A stretch of DNA of 64,000 bases from Pecten maximus. Lineage: Eukaryota. A program made the translations under genes and the position numbers. Positions 13,789-26,994 of this stretch are shown here, one piece after another (within the stretch, counting starts at the first letter, position 1; each line of letters opens with the position of its first letter). Under the pieces are notes generated by a model. The model saw only the letters and a program-made list of their open reading frames with translations. It made no database searches and was not told where the DNA came from. The stretch is from NCBI RefSeq assembly GCF_902652985.1, contig NC_047026.1:3286001-3350000 (forward strand). Reading direction: 5' to 3'.

Positions 13789-16281
13789 TCACTATAATCC
13801 GTGCGTATACCTGATCACTGTAGTCCGTATGTATACCTGATTAATATAAACAGTATGTGTATCCGAACACTATAATTCGTATGAATACCGGATTACTATA
13901 ATCCGTATGTGTACCTAATCAATATAATCCTTATATATACCTGATCACTATAATCCGTATGTATACCTGATTTCTATAATCCGTATGTGTACCTGATCGC
14001 TATAATCTGTATGTATACCTGATTACTATAATCCGTATGTGTGCCTGATCACTATAATCCATATGTGTACCTGACCACTATAATCCGTATGTGTGCCTGA
14101 TCACTATAATCCATATTTGTACCTGGTCGCTATAATCTGCATTTGTACCTGATCAGTATAATCGGTATGTGTACCTGATTACTATAATTCGTATGTATAC
14201 TAGATCACTAAAATCCGTAAGTGTACCTTACCACAATAATCCGTATGTGTACATGATCACTATAATTCGTATGTGTACCTGATCACTATATACAAATGTG
14301 TACCTCATCACTATAATTCGAATGTGAACCTGATCACTATAATCCGAATGTATACCTGGTCACTAAAATCCGTATGTGCACCTGATCACTATAATCCGTA
14401 TATACCTGATCACTATAATCCGTATGTATACCTGATCACTAAAATCCGTATGTGTACCTGATCACTATAACCGTAAGTATACAAATGTATCTGATCACTA
14501 TAATCCGTATGTATACCTCATCACTATACTCCGTATGTATACCTGATCACTAAAATCCGTATGTGTACCTGATCACTATAATCCGTAAGTATACAAATAC
14601 ACCTGATCACTATAATCCATTATACCTGATTACTATAATCCGTATGTATACCTGATTACTATAATCCGTATGTGTACCTGATCACTATAATCCGTAAGAA
14701 TACCTGATTACTATAATCCGTATGTGTACCTGATCACTATAATCCGTATGTGTACCTGATCACTATAATCCGTAAATATACAAATGCACCTGATCACTAT
14801 AATCCATTATACTTGATTACTATAATCCGTATGTGTACCTGACCACTATAATCCGTAAGTGTACCTGATCACTTTAATCCGTATGTATACCTGATTACTA
14901 AAATCCGTATGTGTACCTGATCACTATAATCCGTAAGTATACAAATGTACCTGATCACTATAATCCGTATGTATACCTGATTACTTTAATCCGTATGTGT
15001 ACCTGATCACTATGATCCGTATGTTTACCTGACCACTATAATCCGTATGTATACCTGATCACTTTAATCAGTATGTATACCTGATCACTATAATCCGTAT
15101 GTATACCTGATTACTATAATCCGTATGTGTACTTTACCACAATAATCCGTAAGTGTACCTGATCACTTTAATCCGTATGTACACCTGATCACTATAATCC
15201 GTAAGTATACAAATGTACCTGATCACTATAATCCGTATGTATACCTGATTACTATAATCCGTATGTATACCTGATTACTAAAATCCGTATGTGTACCTGA
15301 TCACTATAATCCGTAAGTATACAAATGTACCTGATCACTATCATCCGTATGTGTACCTGATTACTTTAATCCGTAAGTGTACCTGATCACTATAATCCGT
15401 AAGTATACAAATGTACCTGACCACTATAATCCGTATGTATTCCTGATCACTATGATCCGTATGTTTACCTGACCACTATAATCCGTATGTATTCCTGATC
15501 ACTATGATCCGTATGTTTACCTGACCACTATAATCCGTATGTATACCTGATCACTTTAATCCGTATGTATACCTGATCACTATAATCCGTATGTATACCT
15601 GATTACTATAATCCGTGTGTGTACCTTACCACACTAATCTGTAAGTGTACCTGATCACTTTAATCCGTATGTACACCTGATCACTATAATCCGTAAGTGT
15701 ACCTGATCACTATAATCCGTAAGTATACAAATGTACCTGATCACTATAATCCGTATGTATACCTGATTACTATAATCCGTATGTATACCTGATCACTATA
15801 ATCCGTATGTATACCTGATTACTATAATCCGTATGTATACCTGATCACTTTAATCCGTATGTATACCTGATCACTATAATCCGTATGTGTACCTTACCAC
15901 AATAATCCGTATGTGTACTTGATCACTATAATCCGTATGTGTACCTGATCACTAAATTCGTATGTGTAACTGATCACTATAAACCGTATGTATACCTGAT
16001 CACTATAATCCGTATGTTCACTTGATCATTAAAATCAGTATGTGTACCTGATCACTATAATCCGTAAGTGTACCTAATCACTATAATCCGTATGTATAAA
16101 AATGTACCTCATCGCTATAATCCGTATGCATACCTTATCACTATAATCCGCTTTGATCTCTAATCACTATTATCCGTATCCCTACGTGATCCCTATAATC
16201 CGTATGTGTACCTGATCACTTTAATCTGTATTTATACCTGATCACTATAATCCGAATGTGTTCCTGACCGCTATAATCTGT
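13789..16281 (+). repeat. 26-bp minisatellite array A2 (about 2.5 kb, with 34-bp variant units)
   Basis: Direct periodicity. The 34-bp variant carries AAGTATACAAATGTACC. Confidence 0.97.
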
Positions 16282-16419
16282 TTTCACTGTAATATTTATA
16301 TTCTTCAGTTAATGATATTTGATATCTTAAACTCATTAAAGTAATGATGACAAAATCACTGGCATTAAGTGTTTATTTTTTTCATCCTGGTACATTACAG
16401 GTATCGAATATTAAACGTA

Positions 16420-18408
16420 ATGGCTGAAGGTGGAACCTCTCACGATATTCCCGACAGTCCCGGACCTCCCAGGGAAGCCCGGCTGTTAGATTGTCCGATT
16501 TGTCTGGAGCAGCTGCACGAACCAAAGTCCCTCCCGTGTCTTCATTCCTTCTGTCAGGAGTGTCTGTCCACCTTTATCACCAAAGACCTGTCGGGGAAGA
16601 TGGCGTCGGCGACTGCCTTCCCTTGTCCTGTGTGTAGGAAGATGACACAGCCTGTCAACCCGTCTGAGGACAAGGAGAAATGGGCTCAACAATTCCCAGC
16701 CAATGCAATAGTGAAAGATCTGGTAAAGGAAGCGACAATGGAACCGATGTATTGTAAACCTTGCGGAGGGAAAGGGAATGCTGGGATACCGGCAGCGATC
16801 TGGTGTAAAATATGCAATGTGTTCTTTTGTGATACATGTAAAGTCGATTTTCACGATTGGATTCACAAAGAATGTGAAACAGTAGATGTAACACGGAAGG
16901 AAGGATTTGTTCAGCGACAAGTAACAGAACAGATCCGATGTGAAAAACACACAAAGAAGATGTGTTATTATTGTGAGGATCATCAGATACTTGGCTGTAG
17001 TAGATGTATCACCATAGACCACAGGCGATGTGACGTAGTGACAACGACACAGGAATACTGTGACAAACTGAAGACGGAGTCACGACTGGAGGATCGAAAA
17101 GAATCACTACAGAAGACAAAGGAGGCTATCAAGTTGCTCGTCAAAACATTTGGCGAGAAACTTCAAATCCTCCTAGAAGATCAAAATTCTGGATTTGACA
17201 GTTTAACAGATCTGCGAAAACAGGTCGACCTACAACTTGACGCCTTGCAGAAGGACATCACAGACAAACTGGTATCATCTTATAAACAAGAAAAGGAAAA
17301 TCTGGACTTGTCTATGCAGAAATGTGAACGTCTGATGTCATCCATTGAGAACACAGTAGAAAGCTCCGAGACAGCTGTTCAGAGGAATGATAGCGTAAAC
17401 ACAATCTTGATGTATCAGAGAGGCCAGGCGGAAATGGAGTCCTACCAGAACCTGATCACGGAAATAAGGAAGTCTTTCGCTTCTGTCAGAATAAAACATG
17501 TCGTCGATCTCAGTCTGGTCAGGTTGGATAAGGATAGTCCACTGTCGTTAGGAAACGTCATTATAGAGAGAAAAACAGAACAGCTCCCAAAAGGAATAAG
17601 TACCACGAAGTCTTTATGCGAATGTGACGTGAAGGAGGTAGGCAAGTTCAGCATCAAGTGTCCATCAGATGGACGCGATTGTGATGCAGCTGGTATTGTT
17701 TACTTACCTGATGATCATATCGTTGTAGGAGATTACAACAATAACAAAATAAAGTTATTTGCAGCTTTAGGGAAATGTTTGGATCAGATGAATGTTCCGG
17801 GAAAACCGATTGATCTATGTTGTATAGATTATGACACTGTAGCGGCCGCTATCTACAATTCAGAAATACACATAATCAAAGTGAACCATGCAAAACTAAC
17901 TTTGTCTTCCAAAATAAAACTTTCTAACGGAGCACACCCACGTGGTATCACTTACTCAAATGAGGCGTTTACAGTGAGTACTCCGACCGATGTGTATAGA
18001 GTCGGTAAGGATGGGGTTTCGAACAAAATTGCTTCCTATCCAAATGGCTGCTATCATCTTGCGTGCGACCCAAGGACAGGACACATCTATGTAAGTCAAT
18101 GGACATCCAAGGCCGGCGATGTAGCTGTATACAGACTGTCAGACGGTAAACTTACAAGCATATCAAAAGTCGGTATGCTGAAGGACGCGTGTGGGGTAGA
18201 CGTCGACAGGGACGGCAATGTGTACGTGTGTGGGAGGGCGTCAAATAACGTGGTACAGATGCCAGGTGACGGAACAAACGTCAGAGAGCTGCTGACGTCA
18301 TCAGACGGTGTAGGCACACCAAGGGCGATATCTGTGTGTGGGAACACATTCGTGGTTACAAATGAATCAAAGAACAGTAATGAAGTGCGCGTGTTTGAAC
18401 TTTACTGA
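16420..18408 (+). CDS. TRIM E3 ubiquitin ligase-like protein (RING-B-box1-B-box2-coiled coil-NHL-like propeller) copy 2, 662 aa
   Basis: Intact ORF. The true start is taken as ATG 16420 (MAEGGT) by homology to the other copies and a CAG acceptor at 16398-16400. RING, B-box and NHL-like motifs (GVDVDRDGNVYVCG..SNNV) are present. Confidence 0.93.
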   Translation: MAEGGTSHDIPDSPGPPREARLLDCPICLEQLHEPKSLPCLHSFCQECLSTFITKDLSGKMASATAFPCPVCRKMTQPVNPSEDKEKWAQQFPANAIVKDLVKEATMEPMYCKPCGGKGNAGIPAAIWCKICNVFFCDTCKVDFHDWIHKECETVDVTRKEGFVQRQVTEQIRCEKHTKKMCYYCEDHQILGCSRCITIDHRRCDVVTTTQEYCDKLKTESRLEDRKESLQKTKEAIKLLVKTFGEKLQILLEDQNSGFDSLTDLRKQVDLQLDALQKDITDKLVSSYKQEKENLDLSMQKCERLMSSIENTVESSETAVQRNDSVNTILMYQRGQAEMESYQNLITEIRKSFASVRIKHVVDLSLVRLDKDSPLSLGNVIIERKTEQLPKGISTTKSLCECDVKEVGKFSIKCPSDGRDCDAAGIVYLPDDHIVVGDYNNNKIKLFAALGKCLDQMNVPGKPIDLCCIDYDTVAAAIYNSEIHIIKVNHAKLTLSSKIKLSNGAHPRGITYSNEAFTVSTPTDVYRVGKDGVSNKIASYPNGCYHLACDPRTGHIYVSQWTSKAGDVAVYRLSDGKLTSISKVGMLKDACGVDVDRDGNVYVCGRASNNVVQMPGDGTNVRELLTSSDGVGTPRAISVCGNTFVVTNESKNSNEVRVFELY

Positions 18409-18699
18409 TCAGTAACTATAACAGTTGGTATCAGTAACAGTATTCTGATATGGCTCGACGTGAGATTTATTCGGGCACTGGAAGCTTTTGCGTCATGGAT
18501 GTATAGTCTGAAAACACAAAATTAATAAATTTACACCAAACTATAGGATTCCTGGTCTATAACCATAGTGGATGTAGGCCCTGGGCTTACTGGTTAATAC
18601 TGCTGGTTATTGAACACAAAGCCAATCAATCCAGATAACAGTTTGTGAAGAAATGATATTGTGTGAATGTAAGGAAGTTCAGTTTTATACAATGATGTA

Positions 18700-19010
18700 A
18701 GCTCACATGTACAAAGGGAAATGCGCTTAAATCGTGGCGCGGCGTCCGTCGTCCGTCAGTCAGGCGTCAATATTTCCATTTTCTTCGATAACCAAAAGGC
18801 TCAGAGACATGCTATTCGGCCTGTAACATGTTTCGACGAAAACTTATTTAATTTGTTCAAAATGACCTTTGATCTACTTATCTAAAGGGGTCAAATGTGC
18901 TGAAATCTTTTTCAATAACCATGTGACACAGGATCATGATATTGGAGCAGTAGCATTCTGGGATAAAGGAGTACCGAGTTCACATGTGTCAAATGTGTTA
19001 AACATATTTA
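18700..19010 (+). mobile_element. Partial HINE-like insertion in the 3' flank of copy 2 (shared with copy 3)
   Basis: AGCTCACATG start and a (CGTC)n tract. Absent from the aligned flanks of copies 1 (about 5570) and 4 (about 49395). Confidence 0.5.
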
Positions 19011-20479
19011 TCTAAATAAGCCAGAGAGCTATGTTCATATTGGACAGAGATATGCTGGTTGGAAGGGCTACAAAGTTTACCGAAATGAATACTTAGACTT
19101 CTCTCATATTGAACTGGAGAGGAATTGAACTTAGAAGTCACACATAAATGACAAAAATCAACCCTGAAATTGAATAGTAGCCTACTGGGCCTCTTGTTTG
19201 GTACGAGTACAACATTTAAGCTGTAGGATATGTAGGAAATTGGACATGATTACGTGTTGTGTCATACACGATAGTTTGGATCCGGTAGCGTGCGATTCTC
19301 TCCAGTCTTAAGCTGGTGTAATGTATAGTATGCTATGCATGGATGGTAGTTTTATATAATCACGTGAAATATCGGGAAGGGATTAAATTGAAAGGCGTTA
19401 GTTATAGATGACCAGTATTTAATTACTACTCTATTCAGACTGGTAAGGCCTATAGGAAGGCAATCATATCAACTAGTTTAAATAAATATTGTAAATCATC
19501 TTTATACTAGTATCATTCTCACTGGCATGTATCAGTTATGTATCAGTTAGCGAATGGTCTTTTCAAGATTGAGATCATAGTATATAGTAGTGCACTTTTA
19601 GCTACAAAATCACTTATTTGTAAAAAAAAGTATTTGAGATAAGTATAAAGTCAGACTCAGAATTAGTATAAAATATATTAAAACACTTATGTGATGCAGT
19701 TTAGTTTGTAAAGATTTGTGAATCCTTTGCAATTAAAAAAAAAACAAATTCTCATATCAAATGATCAATGCAACCTAACGTTTATCTATATTGTCAAGTA
19801 GAGTCCCCTATGACACCCTCTTTTAATTAAGCAATATGATGTTAACTCTCACATCGCTATGGCATTTACAAACAATGAAAGGTTTTTTTTTTTTTACCTT
19901 ACGGAGTGTTCTCCCAAAATTCATATGTTTATCCAGAAATGTTACGGAGACGTTGGGAAGGGAAACGTGTTTTAGTCGCCACGTAATATTATAGAAATAG
20001 GGATGGAGAGGAACAGTTCCTTTGTCATCTCATTAGGGACATACCTCTAACATATTAGTAGAAACGCCGACGATTTTATAATTATTATTATTTGGCATTT
20101 ATAAATTCATAAAGATAATGAATTCATATATAATGAAGTTGATGACAAAATATTTATGTTGATAAAGAAGATACAGAAGTTCTACGACCAGGTTATACGC
20201 TTCATTATGCTCTTTCTCCGAATTCCAATCAACATTTTTGCTAAAATCCACTTAACGAATTAAAGAAATAATTCAGGTTTTCTATAAAATGCATATGCAC
20301 ATATTACACAGGGCTTAAAGAGAGAAAAAGACAGTACAACAGCTTTGTACTGAAACTGAGAGGCACGTGAAAAGCTTTACAAAGAGCTTAATTAAAATTT
20401 ACCTTCAATTTCGGCCCTATACAGTTTCAATTTTCTGCTGATACGAATCAGCATCCGGTTTTTGGACTCATTATCATTT

Positions 20480-22418
20480 TAGCTCACCTGAGTCGAAGGC
20501 TCATGTGAACTTTTGCTATGGGGTATCATACGGCTTCTGTAGTGGGTCGTGCGTTAACTTTTTTTTAACCAAGAGTGTTGAAATTCGCATTGAATGATTA
20601 GTTAAAAGGTCCTGACTAGATATCTGTATTTATTAAGACTTTCTAGGAATGTTCTGGTGACATTTCTGAACAAGATGTGTTGTTTCAAAAAATCATGGTA
20701 TTTACAAGATGGCCACCACAGCAATTATGACCTGATGAGCTATGGAAAAGTACTTATTTTTTTTGTTTGTGATCAAGATAGCTAATGACTGGTACATCGT
20801 TTAGATTTTGAAGGTCCAGAAAGTGATGATAAAGAGACGAGTTTAATTTGGGGTACGTATAATGAGGGTTGATTTTTAATTAATTTAATTGTATGGTTTG
20901 TATATGTCTGTATACACTGTATATATCTTCAGTGTGAACTTTGTTGCTAGGGGTCCCAAATTGGGGAACTGTCAGCTGACTAGCTGGGCTGCTAGCAGCA
21001 CCCACACACACCTGGAATTTTTTATTCAAAAAAGGACCAGAATCAGGTTTTTGTAAAGAAAGCTATGTATGCTTCTAGATAATGGATAACTAGACAATGT
21101 ATATATACCCATCCATTATACGGGGTGTTGCTTCAATGCTGGCAGTAATAGGTATCTTTACTTGAATGATATAATACTCAGTTCTGTAGAACATTTCTTT
21201 GTGTTAGATAACTAGGCTTTTGGATTGTCTATTATCTGATACCAGTTAGTTTTGTTAGCTTAATCTCTGCATGAAACCACGGTATTGCTGGTTTAGGGTA
21301 ACACAGGAAAACAATAAAATTAATTAGATAAAGGGCAGCAGAGGTCTTGGAATGGAGCCCTATCTCCCAAGCTATTAAATAGTACTTAGTAATGAAATCT
21401 GCCCAGTTACCCAGTGTATAGCTTTAAATCACTGATAACTAGCTGTTGACAATGTGTTTTGGATATTAAGTGTACCTTGTGTAAATATGGTAAATATCAG
21501 AAAACTTCTGATAATTCAAATCAAATTTGGAGAGAGTCTATAAGTTTCTAGTTCATTAGTCATATACATACATATTATGTAGTGATAATGTGCAAGTGGA
21601 AAGCATGTCACATTGATACTGTTTATGACTAATTATAACTGAGACCTTCGATGACTTCGCATTGCTCTATGCTAAGACTTGCAAATGGAAAATAGAAATG
21701 ATGATAGGACAACATCAATTGACAGCTAGAATTATAATTACATGCCGATAGCAAATGCTGCAAAATTAGGTCCCTGTAACCTACTTTTTCAATAATTATA
21801 TGAGGGCAACAGAAATATTGTAAAAAAGTCACTGTGACCTACTTTTAGACATCTAGATGAGAAAGGCATGTATATAACAAAATTGGCAAACTTAGGTCAC
21901 TGTGACCTACTTTTTAAGAAATTATGTTAGGGCAACAGAAATGGACATCTTGGATGAGAAAGGAATGCCGATAGCAAATATTGCAAAATTAGGTCACTGT
22001 GACCTATCGTTTCAATAATTATGTTAGGGCAACAGAAATGGACATCTAGAATGAGAAAGGCAATAACAAATATTGCAAAATAAGGCCACTTTGACCTTCT
22101 TTGTCAATAATTTTATCAGGGCAACAGAAATGGTCGTCTACGATGAGAAAGGCATGCCGACAGCAATTATTGCAAAATTAGGTCACTGTGACTTACTTTT
22201 TCAATAATTTTGTTAGGGCAACAGAAATAGACATCTAGAATAAGAAAGGCATACCGATAACAAATATTGCAAAATTAGGTGACTGTGACCTTCTTTTTTC
22301 AATAATTATATTAGGGCAACAGAAATGGACATCTGCGATGAGAAAGGCTGGTCAGTATTACATATTGCAAAATTCTATTACATGATAAGATGAGCGTTTA
22401 GGCCTATAGGCTTCTTGT
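20480..22418 (+). mobile_element. Non-autonomous Helentron/HINE-like element carrying a tandem-repeat core
   Basis: TTTT|AGCTCACCTGAG..CTCATGTGA start. Ends with GATGAGCG plus a short hairpin (AGGCCTATAGGCTT). Internal 97-bp tandem array. Confidence 0.6.
21740..22375 (+). repeat. About 97-bp tandem repeat (roughly 7 copies, some shortened)
   Basis: GCAAAATTAGGTCACTGTGACCTACTTTTTCAATAATT..GGGCAACAGAAATGGACATC recurs (GGTCAC-type motif at 21992, 22084, 22181, 22278). Confidence 0.9.
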
Positions 22419-22426
22419 GTTCTTTT

Positions 22427-22740
22427 TAGGTCACCTGAGTCAAATTGTTCAGAAACCTTCCATGACCCAAGGTCAACCAAATTTTGAATTATATGGTCCC
22501 CAACCCCTAGAGGAGTGAGGGGCCAAAAGGGGTCAAATGGACTGAAGATTCAAAACTCTTCTCAAAACCCAGATTGAAGGGATTTAAGGCGCTTTACAAA
22601 AATTATAAATGCATGGCCCGTAGGTCTCAAGTCCTTAGGGAGGGGAACTGACTCACATGGACTAATTGGCAAGGTCAGAAATGTCAAATTGACAGAAATA
22701 TTTCAAATTTCGGGTGATCGTTAAGGCCCATAGGCCCCAT
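22427..22740 (+). mobile_element. HINE-like element, shorter paralogue of 7017-8054
   Basis: Same TAGGTCACCTGAG start and GGTGATCG..AGGCCCATAGGCC end. Internal sequence aligns to 7130-7160 and 7765-8050. Confidence 0.6.
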
Positions 22741-22814
22741 TTCAATATTTTAAAATTTACTTTTTAAACTCAATCAATCAACCAATTTTGTTTATTTAAG
22801 TGTCATATATCCAA

Positions 22815-23395
22815 GAAACCTGTATGATATGTGTTGTGTAGATGATGACACTGTAGCGGCCGCTATCTACAACTCTGGTATACACGTCATCAAACATCAA
22901 GACTCAAAACCCATTCGGGCTCACTTATTCCCATGTGGCGTTTACTGTGAGTACCCCGAGAGGCATGTATAAAGTCGATAAGGATGGAGATTCAGAATAT
23001 GTATACATATATCATGATAATTGCTGTAATTTTACTTACGATACAATGGCAAGACACATATGCCAGTCAGTTAACATCCAAGAATGGCGACTTGGCTGTA
23101 AACAGACTGTCGGATAGTGTAACCAAAGGCATGGCAAAAGCTGGTGTGTTGAAGGACGTGTTTGGTGTAGACGTCGACGGTGACGGCAACTAGCACGTAT
23201 GTCGGAGGGGGTCCGATAACGTGGTACAGATGTCAGGTGACGGGACAAAAAGAACTGCTGACGTCATCAGACGGTGTAGACAGACCGAGGCGATATCTGT
23301 GTGTGGGAACAAATTCGTTATCACAAATGAATCCCCAGAGAACAGTTATGAAATCCGAGTTTCCCAACTTTACAGATCAGTAAATGTTACCAGCA
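22815..23395 (+). pseudogene. Degraded TRIM NHL-like propeller fragment (blades 2-6)
   Basis: Remnants of DMCCVDDDTVAAAIYN, AFTVSTP, LKDVFGVDVDGDGN, VVQMSGDGT and AISVCGNKFVITNES, with stops and frameshifts. Confidence 0.9.
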
Positions 23396-25149
23396 CATTG
23401 TTCTGATGTTATTCAGCGATGAATGATTCCTTTCAACGCCAAATCATGCAAACATATATAAACATGTCAGCGACGTCAGGATGGATTTCCAATATTGTCC
23501 CTCGGTGATATATGCTGTTTCCAAACCATTATACATTTCGGTCTTTGAAGCCTCCACGTTATGGTTGCATGTATATTGATAGGTTCGGATCTGGAAGCTC
23601 TGTCATTGCAGTTATAAGTCACCTGATACACCCGGGTTATGAAAGCCACACCGTTGTGACTGTCGCTTGATTGGTCCTGGTCAAGGAGGCCACATTAGGG
23701 TTAACGGAGGATGGTTCTGCTCAATTCGACACTTATCAAATTCAACTTCAGCAGTGCCGGCTACGTGATTGGAAAGTTTTCAATTGATTTAACGTGAATA
23801 TGCAATCTGTGTTATTATTTCAAATAAATGATTGTGTTTTGATTGTGAATCTAGTAATACACGATCTTTTTATATCAAAACGTGTTTATACGACCGTCTT
23901 GATAGGTCTATTATGTATTACGTTCCCGTCCTTCAGTTCGTCCGTTTCTTTTTTCCGTCTGTCCATTTCTCTAAAAACAATTACAACGTTTGCAAATATA
24001 CGCAATCGGCAAATTACCGTAGCAGATAAAAATTTAACCCACAGATGTCAGCAATTTTCATTTCATCAAATCTCATTAACAACGTTGTCATTTGTTAATT
24101 GGATGAAAAAAAGCCTCAACACAAGGATAAGGGGAAGTAACCCACTAAGGAATCGTCTCACTCACCTCAAACACGCTTACACAAGTACATATACAAAAAC
24201 ATTTATTTCTGTATACAGATATACACTATCATAGAGAGTTATAGGTAGACTTACACCAAAATCATGCTGAAGATATTCATATGTGATTCTACTACGCTCC
24301 CATAGTTATGCATATAATTTCTTTTTATTTATTACGATTATAGAACATAACTGGTTGTGTCACCCCGATAGTTTGGTAGCGTTTCTATGGAGTTATAAGC
24401 AGAGTACTGTAGAGTAGGTTATACATGGTAATAATTATCCTGATTAGCATTTATAGAATGACATGGAATATCGGGATATGATTAAATCGAAAGGAATTAG
24501 ATGGCCTGTGTTTAATTAGATAATTCTTTAGGACAGCGTGGTTGATAGGACGGTAAACATATCGCCTCGATTCAATTGATATCGTGAATCTCATAGATAT
24601 CGAAAGGCTAAAGAGCAATAAAACTTCACTGTATTAAACATTATTATCAGACAATCATCGGTTTCTATTATCGCTACACCATCATAATTTTACAATGAGA
24701 GAGAAAAATGTGAAAACAACCGAGGGAAGTTACTGTAGTAGATCGGGACAGAATCTTATGTAAAACAAAAGAGGGAAGTTCCTATGGAAGAGGATGTAAA
24801 AACAACAAAGGAAAGTTACACAAAGGGAGACATGCACACACTTATATGGTTATAAATAATATATGTATATAGTATGTCATACATATATATATATTCATTA
24901 CATAATACGTTTTATTTTCCTTAACTATAAACATTAGCTATAGCTTAAACTATTTCACGGTCACGTGCGAATTATTGAATACCTGTGACGCTTTGGAACG
25001 TAGTGTCGTGCGAACTATTGAATACCTGCAACGTTTCGGAACTTCGTCCTACCCTTTTAAGCGTCTTAGTCACTCAGATGTCACCATTGCCAACGACAGT
25101 CATGGTGACTTCTTGGCCTACAGGAAAGTCGAAATGTCAGTGACACCAA

Positions 25150-26994
25150 CCCAGATAGCATCACTACGTTGGCCCAACGTTGGCCTAACGTCGTTGGTTA
25201 CATTGGGCCAACGCCGTATTGCAAATCGGTCCATCGCCGGGCCAATGTGTTGGCATAATGTTGGCCCAACGTCGGCTTGCCGGCTTGCCAACGTTGGGCC
25301 AACATTGGCCCGACACAGATTCTAAGAACAAAATTTGGCCAATGTTGGCCCAACGTTCGACCGATGTTGGTTCAAGATCGGGCCAACGTTGGGCCGCTTT
25401 TTTATTATAACATTAATCGGAAGCTGTGCCTACGTTTATCCACAATATTGGGCCGGCCAGCATTACCTCAATTTCAGCCGTTTGATGCAGTGAGATATTT
25501 TGCTCAGGTTTTGACTCCAGCCAGTAAAGTTTACTCCAAGCAGGGCAGGTTATTTCAACATTTCTGAGTGTGATTATACACGTCATGAATGCTGCAGAAA
25601 GTAAGCACACAGATGAATGTTCTTTAAAATCAATTAGTTAGGACATTGAAATACATATTTGCAAAAAAAGATAAAATAACCTGTTATGCATAGGCATGAA
25701 ACTTTGTAACTGACCATAACCTGATAAATTTGGAAAACATAACAAATACAATCAAAATGCACTGATAATAAAATTGTATTCATTTTAGTAAGTCAATGTA
25801 ACAAAATATCAAGCACTGGAAGAATTTGCCAGTAGACTTCAACCCAACCTGTATACAGCAACATTGAACATTCATTTTAACTTTATATCAGAGAACTCAA
25901 ATTAGAATAATTATAGACTACATGAAGTTCATTGTAGCAGGATTCTGTGTATCAATAGTTTGTATGTTGAAAGCAATAGTTTGTATGTTTTCACTTTGAT
26001 CGATCGTCCTTTCTTTTAATTTTCATTTTTCAGAGACTGATTCTTCCTCCTCTGTTGCGTTCAATATTTTTTTCTGCTGCCTCTCCTTTCGTCCACCTTC
26101 GCGGTCTCCGGATGACCGAAGCCAAGCTTTAATTACTGTATTTACTTCTGCATCAGTTGCAGAGGAACAAATTCTGTTTCGCCGAACAGCTCCTGCAATA
26201 AATATGTTGATAATTAAACAAGGTATTATATTAAAAACTTAAAGCAATGACTCACTAATATCCCATGTCCTGGGAGCCATTCAAGAGGAATGGATGCAGA
26301 AAAAAAAAAAAATACTAGCATTTCTATCAAAGTACCTATAAAAATGCAAAGGGATATAACTCTAGATCCGGTTAACATGACAACTGATATGCCTGCTTTA
26401 AAACCCACATGTAAATCTAAACAATGTATCTTACAATCCTGTGAAGTTTCACTGAAACCTTATCACAGCTCAGGTTAACGAGTTTTTTCCAAAATAAATT
26501 GCATCTAAAGATAGACCTATATTTACAAACTTGCTTTGCTATTGAGGTTTAATTAGCAGAATCCAGAAACGATCGCATATTAATACACTTTACTAATGTT
26601 GTAAAATTCCTCATAAATTATACATGTACATCTGCATGGTCAGTGTATAATATGTACATATGTCATTAAATTAAACTATGAATAAAAAAGTTATTTAGTT
26701 TCTTTTAAAATTTTATTTTACATTTAAAATCCTGTGATAAAATATCAAACAAAAGTTTCTATACATTTTTTTATTTCATATTTATTCAATTTCCATTTGA
26801 AAATTTCATTATCATTATTTTATTACAACATGATTTAAAACAAAATCATGATTTTGGTCTGATGTTGGGCCAACGTCAATACGATGTTGGCAGAATAACC
26901 GTTAATTTGATACAGTTGGGCCAACGTTTAACCAACGCATGCAGGCCAACCGTTGGGCATGATACGTCGTGCCAACGTCGTCATGCTATCTGGG
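25150..26994 (-). mobile_element. Non-autonomous CMC/EnSpm (animal CACTA-type) DNA transposon
   Basis: TIRs CCCAGATAGCA / TGCTATCTGGG, 2-bp AA flanks, and dense subterminal GTTGGCCCAACG repeats at both ends. Absent from the paralogous region near 10925. Confidence 0.8.
26023..26192 (-). pseudogene. Terminal exon of a DUF4806 (BEN-like) accessory gene inside the EnSpm-type element
   Basis: After acceptor TTGCAG it translates AVRRNRICSSATDAEVNTVIKAWLRSSGDREGGRKERQQKK..SEK*. This resembles the recalled DUF4806 C-terminal IK.WL...DR.GGR motif. Confidence 0.65.

Noticed and set aside
13789-16281. 26-bp arrays as CRISPR arrays
   Set aside because: The units are head-to-tail with no unique spacers, there are no cas genes, and the context is eukaryotic.
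16369-16419. 17-aa N-terminal extension of copy 2 in the ORF track
   Set aside because: It uses a GTG start inside the polypyrimidine tract/acceptor, and the paralogous site in copy 4 has an extra T that breaks the frame.
16486-18347. Antisense ORFs recurring in all TRIM copies (MVYGDTSTT.., MMLNLPTS.., MFPHTDIA..)
   Set aside because: These are shadows of the duplicated sense CDS, with variable length and no recognisable domain.
24975-25567. ORFs over GTTGGCCCAAC repeats
   Set aside because: They are translations of transposon subterminal repeats.
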